From the human T2T-CHM13v2.0 reference genome, Homo sapiens, in the NCBI RefSeq assembly GCF_009914755.1, contig NC_060926.1: 64,000 nucleotides of DNA. One strand, given 5' to 3'. The translations under genes and the position numbers were made by a program. Positions 38,008-51,160 of the stretch are shown piece after piece. The notes under the pieces are model-generated. The model saw nothing but the letters and a program-made list of their open reading frames with translations. It did no database searches and was not told the origin of the DNA. Position 1 is the stretch's first letter. Each line of letters begins with the position of its first letter.

Positions 38008-39594
38008 AAAAGCAAGAATACTCTGTACTACATCATCTGGGAACAGTCATTCATTCACTAAACGTATATTTAGTGCCCGGCTTGTGTCAGAAACTGTTAG
38101 GCACCAAAGCTACTAAGAGGTTAACGTGAGAGTGGTATTCCACCTTATCTAGTAAAGGAAGAAGAATTATGCATGTACTTTGACTCAGAAGAGTTTTTAA
38201 AATATATTATATCATTTAATTCTCATGTGGTAAAATTATCAGCCTCATTTCGTAGGTTAGAAAACCGAGGCATTAGAAGTCTGAGTTGCTAGCCCAAAGA
38301 TTTCAGAAAGAGTACATCTTCCTAATCATTCTAGATATATACACCTCATCTCCATAACTACACTGATGCCCATCTCTCTGGGGCACGGATGCTCCATTCT
38401 CTCTGAGAATTTGGGAACCTTTCTAAAAACTTTTTCTGTTCTTTGACTTGCTGGTAAAAAGTATATATTCACTGAAATATTTATTGACTGATTGCAGAGC
38501 TTTGGCTTGACTCAACTCTTAGTACAAAGCTGGATGGTTGTTTTTCCAAATATTGTATAAGACAGTTGGAATAATTTTCCATATTATAAATAATGATATA
38601 AAAATCATTTAATAGTTTAAGACCTTCATAATGCTGAAGGAAAATGCTGTAGATAAGAAAACTAAAAAATAATACATTAACCAAATCTAGGCCCTTTTCT
38701 CTGTAATAAGGCTATAAAAATACAAAACTATAAGATCATTTTGTAACTACACAGATCTAAGAGGTCAAATTCACTGACATCCTATCTTATCTATATACCA
38801 AAAGATCAGAAAATGTTCAGCCCTTCAAGCAATGTGCATTCTAAGTAAAACAGTAATTTAGAGTATGTATGTGTACTGTCTTAAAAACACACACACAATC
38901 ACCGAGGGCAAAATCTCTCCTTCAGATCTCTATGAATAATCTGAACTCCAACTTTGTGCTTTCTTCAAATTAAAAAAATAAATAAATAACTTCATTTAAG
39001 ACCTTCCAAGAGAAGAGCAAATCCAAAATGTGGTTCTTTAGCCTTTATTAATACATTACATGTATATATTCACATATAAACATACGTATTGTTAGCAAGC
39101 AAAAATAACAGAAGTCTTTTGAATGTTGCAATATCATTCTAGAGATTCAAAGAAAAAATTTCTAAAGGAAGAGAAAAACTGTGGTTATGGAATATCTGGC
39201 TGTAATAAATATACTTAAGAAATTTTCCCATAAACCATGTCATTTGCCTGGAAATTATATTTTTATTCCAGCCTGATGTCTGAATATGTCAGCATTAAAT
39301 ATTTTATTTTCACACTGAAAATAAATGTTATGTCTCTAAAACATTAGTTACAGTACAATTTAAAGGTAGAGGTATGTAAAATTAGAAGGGAAAAGTAATA
39401 TTATTAACTATGTAGCTATTTCTAATCACATATTAAAAATATCATTTAAAAATGCCTATCCCCAGATTCATTACCCTATGGATCCAGTTCTCCTTTGTCA
39501 AGATCAGCGTGCATATTGTGGCTTTAAATGGCTAGGTTCTTTGGCAGAAAATTACATACAGTCTCCCCTGGTCTATTCCCCTGAGCTTGTGGTC

Positions 39595-39845
39595 ATAGTG
39601 ACTACAGATGAGGTTCCAGTATTCGGGCTGCCTAATTTGAACTCCTGGCTCTACCACTCATTAGCTGTGTGACTTAGCATGAGTTACTAAATGTCTCCAA
39701 ACATCAAGTCTCTGATCTTAAAATAAAGCCAAGTAATTCATGTCTTATGAACTTGCCATAAATATCAAATGAGATAATGTACACTTAATACTATGCCTGA
39801 CACAAAAATAATGGTCAAGAAATGTTAGCTATTATTACTGCTATG
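39595..39845 (+). mobile_element. MIR
   Basis: 'tttgaactcctggctctaccactcattagctgtgtgac...aaatgagataatgt...aaatgttagctattatt'. Confidence 0.8.
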
Positions 39846-40543
39846 ATTAGCCAATAAAAGCTTATCAGTCAAATCAATATGCCATTAAAGTTTATATTCT
39901 TCAAATGCAAAGGCATGTGATACTTAGCTTTGTGTTCTTGATACATGGAATGTGCACTGAATAACAGGCTAAATGGACGAATGAGTGAAGCAACAAATGC
40001 ATTATACAAGACAACCCAAAGGCATATAGCCAAATTGTCAACCAATTAAGTAAATTTAGTCAACTTATCAATTCAGTGAAAATAATCATCTAACTAGATG
40101 GTTATTTGATTGAATTGATTGAATTGAAATTCCTGGGCTAATTCTGTTCAGTATAGCAAAGCCTGAACTAATATTTAAAGAAACAGTAACAAAAAGAGAC
40201 TTGGGAAAAGAAAATGTGGTATATAAATGATAAGTAAAGCAAACATAATTACATAGAGGCTGAAGAAAGAGATGAGATGAATATTACCTATTGTGAGAGT
40301 AGGGAGATTGGAGAATATAGACAAAGAGAATTTGGCAAAAGTATGATGTAGAGAAGGCAGAGGGTTAGAAAGTAAAAACTCACTGTTTTTTATAAAAATA
40401 ACATTAGAAAGTTAAATATATTGCCTTGGAAGAATTACAAAAATCATTCCAAAACCAAGCAGACATAATGTCAAAGCAGCCATGTACTTGTTCCTAGAAA
40501 AGATTCCTCCACTTTAAGCCTTATTGGAATCACATTATGCATT

Positions 40544-40545
<2 letters not shown>

Positions 40546-40587
<42 letters not shown>
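40546..40587. repeat. (CA)n microsatellite
   Basis: Perfect CA run of about 21 units. Confidence 0.97.
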
Positions 40588-40589
<2 letters not shown>

Positions 40590-42625
40590 CTTGGTTGAGC
40601 TGATTAAAATTTTAAAATAACTCTTAAAATTACTGAAACCATATGTCTCAAAGATATTAACAAACAAAACATTGACAATAACAACAAATCTAACAAGTAC
40701 TCCTTAAAGCATTTTGTGTCTGGAATACTATGAATTAGCAATAGGCTAATGTCCATGTTTCTAATTGCAACTCTGGCACAGATCTGATTATAGTGACAAC
40801 TACTACTCACTTATTGTATTAATTTTTCCAAGGTCATCTATCCAGCAGACCACTATCACAGATAATTTCACTTCTGTGAATTTGTTTCTTGTCACAGTCA
40901 CATCAGATGAAAAGAAAAACGAGTTAACAGTCAGCACTTAGAGGTTGTTGAAGTGGCAGAAGGTTCAGTTCCTTTAGAACAATGAGTCTGGCTTGACGTT
41001 GTATGATTGTAAGGTAAAATACTGTCTTACCTGAAAGAGGCTTTGTCTATAGCTGAAAGGAAATAGCATGTCTATTCCTGAAAGTGAAATATGGATCTGC
41101 AATTTCACGACAAATTGGACCATTAGTCATCAAATATATTCGGAGTTATTTTAAAATTATTTTTGTACTGTCTTATAAAAGATATTATATACCCTGCCCT
41201 CTAGAGTTCCTCTTCCCCCTCCCCACAAACACTCCATATACATGCCAAAATGATGCTCTGCAGTTGGGATCTGTTATCCTTGGTGCTATTGAATCTGCAA
41301 TGTGTTTGATGGAAAGTTGTCACATTCTTCACACTGAATGGCATGAATGAATCATCAACAGTATGGTACTGGAAGGTAGCCAGTCCACACGGATAGAAGT
41401 ACCACTTATCACAACCCAATTCCATCAAGATGAATGTATGTAGAAAATAGATGCTAACAAGACACCTAAACTTGGTTGAATAGTGAGCAGGCTGAAGTAG
41501 ACGAGGTAGAAGAAATGCTCTAAAGAATCAGCGAGAAAATAACATCTAGGAAGACATCCTGGATACCCAGACCTTGGTAGTATGGATCTTTTTGAGCCAA
41601 TGTTTCAGGTCAACATGGCAAAAGAACAAATAGCAAGTATACTTGAGGAAGGAGCTGCAAGTACAAAGGAAAATTTTTATTGTAATTGCAGGTCTCAAGT
41701 TCCATCTTGATCAATCCCTCCAGCATTCTTCTCGGAATCATTGTCAATGCCATCCTCTGTGATAAAAGCTAACAATGTGCGGCATCATATCTGACCAAGT
41801 TGTCATTAACCTTGATTAGTTTGAGGCAAAGCTCTAGAAACTATAACTGTAGAAAAAATTAATTCAGAAATCTAAATAATAAATGTAGAAGAACATTTTT
41901 TTTTCAAATAATTTGCTCCTTAAATGAATAAGAACAGATCTCCATATTTTCATTTGCAATAAAACAAATTAAACTTCTGGCTTTAATCTTCCTCCAAGTC
42001 AAGAATATCTTATAAAACTGATGGAACCAGAAAGGCTCTACACTGGGCTCCATAGGAGAGCTCACAGTCATCCTTGCTTGAACTCATACCACTCAAAGTG
42101 TTCCCACTGTACCTGCTCCTCCTTTCCTTTCTGCCTCAAAAAAGTTACTACATCAACTGGCTGCCCCTCACCAAACATCTTAAGATGCTGAACTCATACC
42201 ACAAATGAAATTTAAGCTATCCTTGACTCCTCCTATCAACCAGAAACACATGTGTTCTTATTTGTGACAAATTACCAAAGACTATGTAACTCTGTGGACT
42301 CTGGGCATTTTCAGCACACTGATTTGGTGTTCTCCAAACTAAATTCCAAAACTCACAGTTAAAATTCCAGTTTAATTTTGTTCAACAATTTTTGTATCTA
42401 CCTTATCTTATTACTCTGCCTACAACCCCACCCATTGCCTTCTATAACATTTCCCCATATATTTCTCCCTATTTGTGCCATGCCATTTTTTCCAGGAGAG
42501 AACCCGTATATATTCATTGCTTGTTTCTATTATTATAACTTCAACTTGTATGTCAGTTTTTTGAGTAAAGAAATTAAGTCTGTCTTTTTTATTATTGCTT
42601 CCCCAGCACCTAGGCTAATGCCTGG

Positions 42626-42991
42626 TGTCTTAGTTTGGGCTGCTATAACAAATTACCATAGACTGGATGGCTTATAAACAACAAAACTTTATTTCTCACA
42701 GTTCTACAGGCTGGAAGTCCAAGATGAGGGTGCTAGTATGGTCAGGTTCTGGCAAAGGCCTCTTCCAGTTTTCAGACTGCCAACTTCTCCTTGTACCCTC
42801 ACATGATGAAAAGCAAGCAAGCCTGCTCTTTGGTCTTTGCTAATAAGGGCACTAATCCCATTCATGAGGGCTCCACTCTCATGACCTAATCATCCCCATA
42901 CGCCCTACCTCCACATCAAATACCATCATATAAGGGATTAGATTTCAACATATGAATTTGGGGCAGGGGCAGCACATTCAGTTCATTAACA
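42626..42991 (-). mobile_element. MLT1A/A0 solo LTR (ERVL-MaLR)
   Basis: 'tgtcttagtttgggctgctataacaaattaccatagactgg...ttcaacatatgaatttggg...cattcagttcattaaca'. TSD CCTGG/ACTGG; inserted in an L2 3' end. Confidence 0.88.
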
Positions 42992-43230
42992 ACTGGCAGC
43001 AGATATATTCAGCGTATTCAATAATATATTCAATGAATATATAATTACATATATTATAGTTTATATGATAAATTCAATAAATGAATGGATAACTCCTATC
43101 CTAAAATGCTCTACAGTACATATTTTTGTCTAAATCCAAAAAATGTTTTGCATTGCATGAATTAGATTAGCTTTTTTTGTGAACCAACTGATTATACATT
43201 CAGTCTACGTTTTAAATTGTTCAAGTTTAA

Positions 43231-43528
43231 GGCCGGGCACAATGGGTCATGCCTGTAATCCCAGCACTTTGGAAGTCCAAGGTGGGCAATTCATTTGAGG
43301 TTAGGAGTTCCAGACCACCCTGACCAACGTGGTGAAACCCCATCTCTACTAAAAATACTAAAAATTTAGCCAGGCGTGGTGGTTCATGTCTGCAGTCCCA
43401 GCTACTCTGAGGCTGAGGCAAGAGAATCGCTTGAACCTGGGAGGTGGAAGTTGGAGTGAGCCGAGTTTGCGCCACTGCACTCTAGCCTGGGCTACAAAGT
43501 GAAATTCCGTCTCAAAAATAAATAAATA
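43231..43528 (+). mobile_element. AluS
   Basis: Full dimer with (TAAA)n tail; degenerate TSD resembling T.GTTCAA.TTTA. Confidence 0.93.
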
Positions 43529-44403
43529 AGTAGTTCAATTTTAAAATCATCTTAAAAGTATTTTCATACCTATATACTGATCTACTGTGTCCTCAAGTGC
43601 TAATAATTACCCCCATCTCAGTTTCCCTGACTTTAATCTTAATGAACATAAAGCTCAGAAGGCCGGAATTTGTACAACCTCTGTCAAACAGTCATTCTGA
43701 GGAAAGATCTTAATGGAGGACTTGGGTCTTTTGGAAATTACGTTTGTGGGATCATCCAGTGTAAAGTTGATGTGTATATACTGTGATGGTATGGCCAGAA
43801 GCTGTATACACAGACATGTAGAAAGCATTCCAGTGAACTAGAGGCAGTGTGAGGAATCTATGTCTGGAAAAGTTGGAAGAAGTCTATGGCAGACAAGAAC
43901 ATGGCTGATAGTTCATAAATATTAATACAAATGTTTGTTCATATTGTACTCTACACTGCATCAAAAATTAGTAAAATGAGTGTTACCTCATTTATTTTCA
44001 GTATATTTATATCTCTTACCTCACTGATAGGCTATCAGAAACTGCAGTTCTAAGTAGGAAAGCCTGGTGGCTTTAGGGGCACAAAATTGTAGGTTAAAAA
44101 TATAGTGATTCTGTTTGTGTGACATACTCACTTACCCTAATGAATGTATCAATGACAGTTTTGAGGAGTTATTGTTTCCTAAAATCAGCACTCTCCAAGT
44201 ATATCAATAGGAGCAATTCTTTGGCACTTTGTAGAAAATGATATATACTGAAGATATACCACAGAGCTAGTGTTAATTGGGTTTTAAGTAACGAGATAAT
44301 TTGTAATACACTAAAACACAAAAACTATCTGCCTTGGTGAGATTTCTACTTTTAATCTTGGTAGTTCTAGAATGGGGTGTGCAGTTTTCCTCTGCCCAGC
44401 CCT

Positions 44404-44405
<2 letters not shown>

Positions 44406-44444
<39 letters not shown>
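44406..44444. repeat. (CA)n microsatellite
   Basis: Perfect CA run of about 19 units. Confidence 0.97.
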
Positions 44445-44445
<1 letters not shown>

Positions 44446-45019
44446 CCTCACACCCCCATTTCCATAATCTTTTAAAACCAAAGCAGTAGGTCAAGCTAGT
44501 TCAATGCCTGCAGAGAGAACTCTGACTGACATTTAAGTCAACCTTGGAAATAGCCAGTCATCTCCTTGCTTAGAATGAATACCAAAGAATGTCAATTTCA
44601 CTTATTTTTAAGTACCAGTGCAAGGCACTGAAAAGAGGACATGTTGATTACGTTTTGTTTTGTTGCTTTTTGCTGTTGCTTCTGTTTCTTTCTTGGAGAC
44701 TTTTGTTCTGAATTTTGGTCTTGTGTATCTTATTTGCAAGCTGATTTGGAGGCTAATTACAATATCTAGTGTTTTTTTTTTAAATTAGGTTATAAAATCC
44801 TGCTGACCCCTGATAACATAGAAGGCTCTATAGCCCAAGAAGTCAATTTCTCGAAGTGTTGAAGAAATTGGCTTCTTATTAACTCTTAATAATTAATTGT
44901 TTCCATATGCTGGTGTTCATTGTCCAAAGAAACCATCAGTTAATTGGAGGTAGGGGGAAATACTATTGTTCTGCATCCCATTTCCATTTGGCATTTATTT
45001 GAGCACATATTTAATTCAT

Positions 45020-45890
45020 AAATACTTACTGAAAATATGCTAACATTTTTAAGGAATTAAGATAATGAATATGATGAGGTTTCTGTTCACAAAAATTTTA
45101 TGAGACAGGCTGAGAAAGTAATAATTACATTGTAATGTGATAGAATCAATATCACATTGATGAAAGGAATTCAGAATATCTGTGCAGAGAGAGCTAACAA
45201 GAGCTGTAAACTTATATCAAGGGATGCAGTCAGCTCATGTTGACCCCTCAGGGAGAATGTCTTTCTTATGCTTCCCAAATGGCTGGATTCAACCAGAGGC
45301 TGGAGAACAAGGAAGCCCATTGTGGTAGTCCATTCAGGTCCACCTTCCAGAGCACAAAGCTGGATGCTTAAAGCATGGAATGTGGATCTTGAAGCATAAA
45401 TGAAAGATATCCAACACTGATAATAGACTTGGGAGTGTAAGTTTGGTTTTGGACATGCCAAGTACCATGTGTTTGTAGGATATTCAGATAGAGATAGATC
45501 CAGAGTCTGAAGTTTAGGAGAGAGGTCTGTGGTAAACAATGGATTTTAACTCTACCAAACCAGAGGTGGTTGCAACCAGAAGAGCATATGAAATAACTAA
45601 TGAGGAGTGGAAAAATAAAAGCCAGAGGAAGAATCCTGTTTAAGTCCAACACTTAAAATGCGGTTAAGGAAATAGAGTGCATGAATGATATAAAAGGCTG
45701 CATTAACTAGATGAGAAGAGAACCGGGAGAATGTTATCATGAAGTACTGAGAAGAAGTGCTAAAACAGTTAAATACAATGAAGAGTTCAAACAAAATAAG
45801 GATTGAAAAAGGTTCATTCAATTTAGTGATGAGGAGATCACCTGTAATCTCAGTGAAAACAGTTTGAGTGAAGTGAGGCGTCTGTCTATT
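45020..45890 (-). mobile_element. L2 LINE (fragmented)
   Basis: 'gtttggttttggacatgccaagt...ggatattcagatagag...tttaggagagaggtctgtg'; minus frame 'PHFTQTVFTEITGDLLITKLNEPFSILIL' is a decayed L2 RT. Confidence 0.7.
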
Positions 45891-45899
45891 ACAACAGAG

Positions 45900-46520
45900 T
45901 AAAACCATTGCAGCCATTGCAAAGCCTTAATGACCCCTAGAAAATAGAGCCTAAGGCCAGTGCTTTGTTGGGAGGTACAATCCCATGGCGGAAAGAGTGA
46001 GGGGGAGAAAAGAACATAAAGTAGACAAAAGGGAAAGCAAATATGAAGAGGTGCATTTTGGGCAGTCTACAAATTCATGAGAAAATACAGCCAGCTGCTT
46101 GGCATCGGGATAGGCCATTTGGAACTACCCACAATGTGGAACAGTCCAACGGGGGAAAAGAAAGAGGAATTTATCTGCTGGATCTCTAACTGCTCTACCC
46201 TACATCTTCTGTTAACTCTCCCTGACTCCTGAGTTGTGGCACACAGCCCTGTATCTGAGTCCTGAGTGGTGGAAGGAGCTGCAGCCTTTGTGAATCAAGT
46301 CAGCCAAGAGCTTTGTGGAACAGCTATGACTCCTTCCTGGACTAGCGTGATCTAGGTCATGCCTAGGCCCAGCCCTTGTCTCGGTGGAGTCCACAGTAGC
46401 CTGGAGGTGAGGAGGCAGTGTAGATGTACAGGCTCTCTGTTGAGCCAGCAATGGAGGACCTAGGAGGCAGCAGGTGCCAAAGATACCTACGGGGGGTGCA
46501 CAAATTGTATCTAATACAGG
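45900..46520. mobile_element. Probable old ERVL-type LTR remnant
   Basis: GC-richer block with 'cctagaaaatagagcctaagg...ctttgttgggaggtacaatccc'. Family not resolved. Confidence 0.3.
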
Positions 46521-46589
46521 TAGAAGTGAAATCCGATCATGTGGACAATTATTTCATGGAAAGTGACCAAGAAAGGTAAAGATGATTTC

Positions 46590-46820
46590 AGGATACAAAT
46601 GGTAAAAGAGCAGACTCCAGAACCAGATTGCCGAGGTCTAGATCCCTGCTCAGCCACACTACTCATGTGATCTATCACAATTCACTTAACCTTTCTCTAC
46701 CTCAGTGTTCTTACCCGTAAATTGTGGCTATCATATCTATTTCATAAGGATGTTATGTCTTAATGTATGTAAAACATTTAGAATTGTGTCCCACACATAC
46801 TAGGCACTATTTTAATGTTT
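46590..46820 (+). mobile_element. MIR
   Basis: 'cagactccagaaccagattgcc...cacttaacctttctctacctcagtgttcttacccgtaaa'. Confidence 0.75.
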
Positions 46821-47046
46821 GGTGTCAAAGGAGGATTCTTCTTTTGTTTCATAGACACTTGAACATCTTTTTATGCTGAGGGAAAAAAAGAGTTTTATGG
46901 GAAAGACTGAAAACGTATAAGAGATAAGAAAATATTGATGAAAAAAGTGATCATAAAGAATAGGATTTGTTACACAGGTGAAAGTGTTAGTGCAAAAAAG
47001 GCACTTGGTAATTGTATGCTTATGGGTTTACCAAAAATAAGTGTTA

Positions 47047-47417
<371 letters not shown>

Positions 47418-47433
47418 CTAAATTTTAAAATAA

Positions 47434-47727
47434 GGCCACATGTTGGCTCATGCTTGTAATCACAAAATTTTAGGAGGCCAAGGTGGGAGGATCACTTGAG
47501 GCCAGAGATTCCAAACCAGCCTGGTCAACATAGCAAGACCCCATCTCTATAAAAAGCCAGACCTAATGGTGGATGCTTGCAGCCCTAGCCACTTGAAAGA
47601 CTGAAGCAGGAGGGTCACTTGAGCCAGAATTTTGATGTTACAGTAAGCCATGATCAAGCCACTACACTCCAGCCTGGTCAATAGAAGGAGACTCTGCCTC
47701 AAACAACAATAGTAATAATAATAAAAT
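47434..47727 (+). mobile_element. AluJ (Jo/Jr-like)
   Basis: Diverged dimer 'ggaggatcacttgaggccag...caacatagcaagaccc'. TSD AAATTTTAAAATA at 47420-47432 and 47728-47740. Confidence 0.9.
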
Positions 47728-48696
47728 AAATTTTAAAATACGTTATACAATAATGGCATTCACTGTATCCATACACATAAAGACCCTCCATAAATGTTTA
47801 ATGAATAAAGAAATGAAAGAATGATTGAATGAAAGTTAATAATACTTCTCTGCCCAACTAGTTGCTATTTTTCCAGCTTCATCCAAACTACAGAATGTCT
47901 TAAACTCTTACATTAAGCCAAAGCAAGAGAGACTGACTATTCTGACCACTGAGGCTCACAGTCAGTGGAGTCTGGAATTAATTTTATAATATCTGATGAA
48001 ACTGCATTGAGCCCTAGGCACTCGTGTATCTATTATATTGTATACAGTCTTTACTGGGTGCATGTTCTCCAAGCAGTAGGTCTAAGCTTCTGCTTATGTT
48101 TCTCTTTCAGCATTCCAGTTTCCTTCCAGAATTAGAATTCAGCCCTAAACTTTAGTCCTTGTACTTGAATCTTTGGTTTCCTGCCTTTTTTGTCAGAGTA
48201 GGAAAGGCTGGACTCTGTCCCCTGACCTTACTCAATGGCCTAGTTTCCTCTTCCAATGACTGACAGCACCAACACATAATAATGCTGTTCCCATTGGACT
48301 GAAGATAGCCATTGCCTCAACTTCTTTCCAACTGGATAATGGATGACATCAACCTGCATCATCTCGGGTTCACCAGGTTGCTTTGGAAACTACTGGCTTC
48401 CTCACCCAAAGGCTAGCATTAAAATTGGATCATTTCACCTGCTTGTGATCTTTGTAGCTTCTTCTCCTAGCTGATTCCTTTCCTTTTCTTTCCCATTGAC
48501 CTGTATTTGCAACAAAAAATTCCAACATACCTGATGACCAAAGCCATTGGAGCTAAAGCATGTCCACTCAAACCATGATTTTGTGCTTATTTTAGAGATA
48601 ATGTGAAAATGTTAATGTGAAAATGTCATTTCCATATACTTTATTGTAGAAGTATGATGTATTTATGATCCTAAAAGACAGATAATGTAAAATATA

Positions 48697-49031
48697 CAGT
48701 CATGCACCACATAACGTTTCAGTCAAGGATGAACTGCATATACAATGGTGGTCCCATAAAATTATAATGCCATATTTTTACTGTACCTTTTCTGTATTTA
48801 GTTACACAAATACTTCCTATTGTATTGCAACTGCCTACAATATTCAGTACAATAACATGCAGAACATATTTGTAGTCTACGAGAAATAGGCTATACCATA
48901 TGGCCTAAATGTGTAGTAGGCTATACCATCTAGGTTTGTGTAAGTCCACACTAGGATGTTTGCACAAGGAAGAAATTGACTAACAACACACTTGTCAGAA
49001 TTTACCCCCATCAATAAGCAATGCATGACTG
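48697..49031 (+). mobile_element. Tigger3a (MER7A) non-autonomous TcMar DNA transposon
   Basis: TIRs CAGTCATGC...GCATGACTG, TA at the left flank, internal 'gtgtagtaggctataccatctaggtttgtgtaagt'. Confidence 0.88.
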
Positions 49032-49149
49032 CATTAGCTTCAATAAGCAACATTCTTAACACCTCACGATTCTTCCTTTCCTATCAAACTGAACATGGCC
49101 AAGTTCTCAAGTTCTTGCTGTGGACAGCTTTCTGATTTCAAAGGCAGTT

Positions 49150-49370
49150 TAATATACTGGAAAGAACAAGGGCTTTGCAGCCAAACATCCATGGGTTCAA
49201 ATCCTATCTGTGAAAATTATTTTGTGTCACTTTAGGGAAGTTACTTAGTCTCTCTTATTCTCCATTTCTTCAACCATAAATATAGGGCTGATAATAACTG
49301 CCACAGAGGGTTGTTTGAGAGATAAATGAGATAACAGATCAAAACCACTCTATCCAGTGCCTGCTACTTA
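49150..49370 (+). mobile_element. MIR
   Basis: 'ggaaagaacaagggctttg...gggttcaaatcc...ggaagttactta...gggttgtttgagagataaatgagataa'. Confidence 0.78.
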
Positions 49371-50080
49371 GGGAAAGGTAATTCCCTCCCTTTTTTTTCC
49401 TTTCCCCTGGTAAAATGAACTAAAGATCAAACAGACTTCAGAATCAATCACAATCAGTCCTATTCCTGAATACATTCTACAATTTTTATAAGCCACTTCA
49501 ATATCAGAAATATGACTGTCAAAGCTTGATTGTCTATGTTTTTCTCCACGTACAGACTAGGTAAATTTGAGCAATTTCATAAATTGGAAGCATTTAAAGG
49601 CATTTTTAAACAAGAGCCTGTTTACTTATTTACTTATTTTGCAGCCCCTGGTCATTTTGAGTGTAATCAGCCTTATTGTTATGGTACAATTTTGCAGCTG
49701 TGAATAGTAGGACTGTATTAAGGAAGGTTCCTTTAAAAGTGAGGGATATTGTATTTGCTTTTCCTTAAATTGGGTTATGTTCAGTCAATTAACCAAAAAC
49801 CTAAAACTTGAACATTTTTTTCTTGAATGCATCCAAATAATCAAGGGCCTTCTCAGATTACCTGAAAAATTATATACCTTTCTTTAAATGATGATTAAAC
49901 AAATGGATGTGTCATGTACCTAGAAAACTACACAAATCCATCCTCCTCTTTGCACATCAAGACAAACTACAGATCATGGTGGTTCCAGTGACTGCCTCAG
50001 ATATCTCTTTATTAAATCTGTGTTATCATCCAGGCATCACATTCATGACTTTATCACTTAGTTTTGCTATTTGCTTCTGC

Positions 50081-50554
50081 TGGTATGGCTGTTTTAAAAC
50101 ATGGCCAGAGAATTCTTTGACATGCCACGTATTGATAAATGCAGTATATGTTCCCTCCCCTTGAGGTCAGTAACTATTTGACCCATAAGTGACACTGTGC
50201 TCGTTTCCAGTAAAAGAACTTAAGAAACTGGCAGCTGCTACTTCCTGATTCTCTTGGGATACACGATCTTGAAACCTAGGAACCATGCTGTGAGGAAGCC
50301 CAAGGGGTCTTATGGAAAACCCACATCCAGAGGAACAAACGGATATTCCTGAAGACATTCCTGAAGATAACACCAACTTCCCAGCCATGTGAATAAACCA
50401 TCTTAGAAGTAGATCTCCATCTCATTTGAACAGTTGCAGCTATTTATTCTGAGCCCTGCCAAAATTTCAGATTCATGGGTTAAAAAAAATTGCTATTCTT
50501 TTAAACCACTAAGTTTTGAGTTGGTGTGTTATTATGGAATACGTAACTGGAATA
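50081..50554 (+). mobile_element. MLT1G/H-like LTR (ERVL-MaLR)
   Basis: 'accatgctgtgaggaagccca...cagccatgtgaa...ttttaaaccactaagttttgag...gtaactggaata'. Confidence 0.75.
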
Positions 50555-50639
50555 GTCCTCACAGATTATGCTTCACAGGAAAAAGACTTCAGATAATATC
50601 TGGATGTAATCAATGGTCTATACACATTTATATTTAGAA

Positions 50640-51160
50640 GGAAAATGGCCTCAAATTGCCTACACAGTATCTATCTCCTGACTTCTCCTCTCTGCCATTA
50701 CCTCTCTGATTTTGTCTACTACCTTTCCCTTTATTCCTACATTTCTGGTATTGTGGTCTTTTCACAGCTCTGCATATATACACAGACTGCACCCAACTCA
50801 AGGGCTTTGCATTACTGTCTGCCTGGAATCCGCTTTCTATGATATCCACTCAGATTATCTCCTTCTAATCTTTGCTCAAATATCTCTGTCTCAATGAGGA
50901 CTTCTCTATTTAAATTACAAATTCATCTAACCAGAGAATTCATTATCTCTTTTACCCTGCTATAATTTTCTTCATAACATTCATTAACTTAACTATTGTT
51001 TATTTCTCTATCGATAGAATAAAAGTTTAATAAGAACAGAGTTTTTTAGTTTGGGGTTTTGGAGGTCTTTTTTTTTTTTTTTTTTTTTTTTTTGCTTGCC
51101 CATCAATGTATTTCCAGCAACACAGTATTTGATATTCAATAAATATTTGATCACTGAATA
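50640..51160 (+). mobile_element. L2 3' region
   Basis: 'tcaagggctttgcattactgtctgcctggaat...ttcaataaatatttgatcactgaat', an L2 3' end. Confidence 0.7.

Noticed and set aside
51068-51093. Isolated poly-T as a tail-only retroinsertion
   Set aside because: No TSD or element body; a simple homopolymer expansion explains it equally well.
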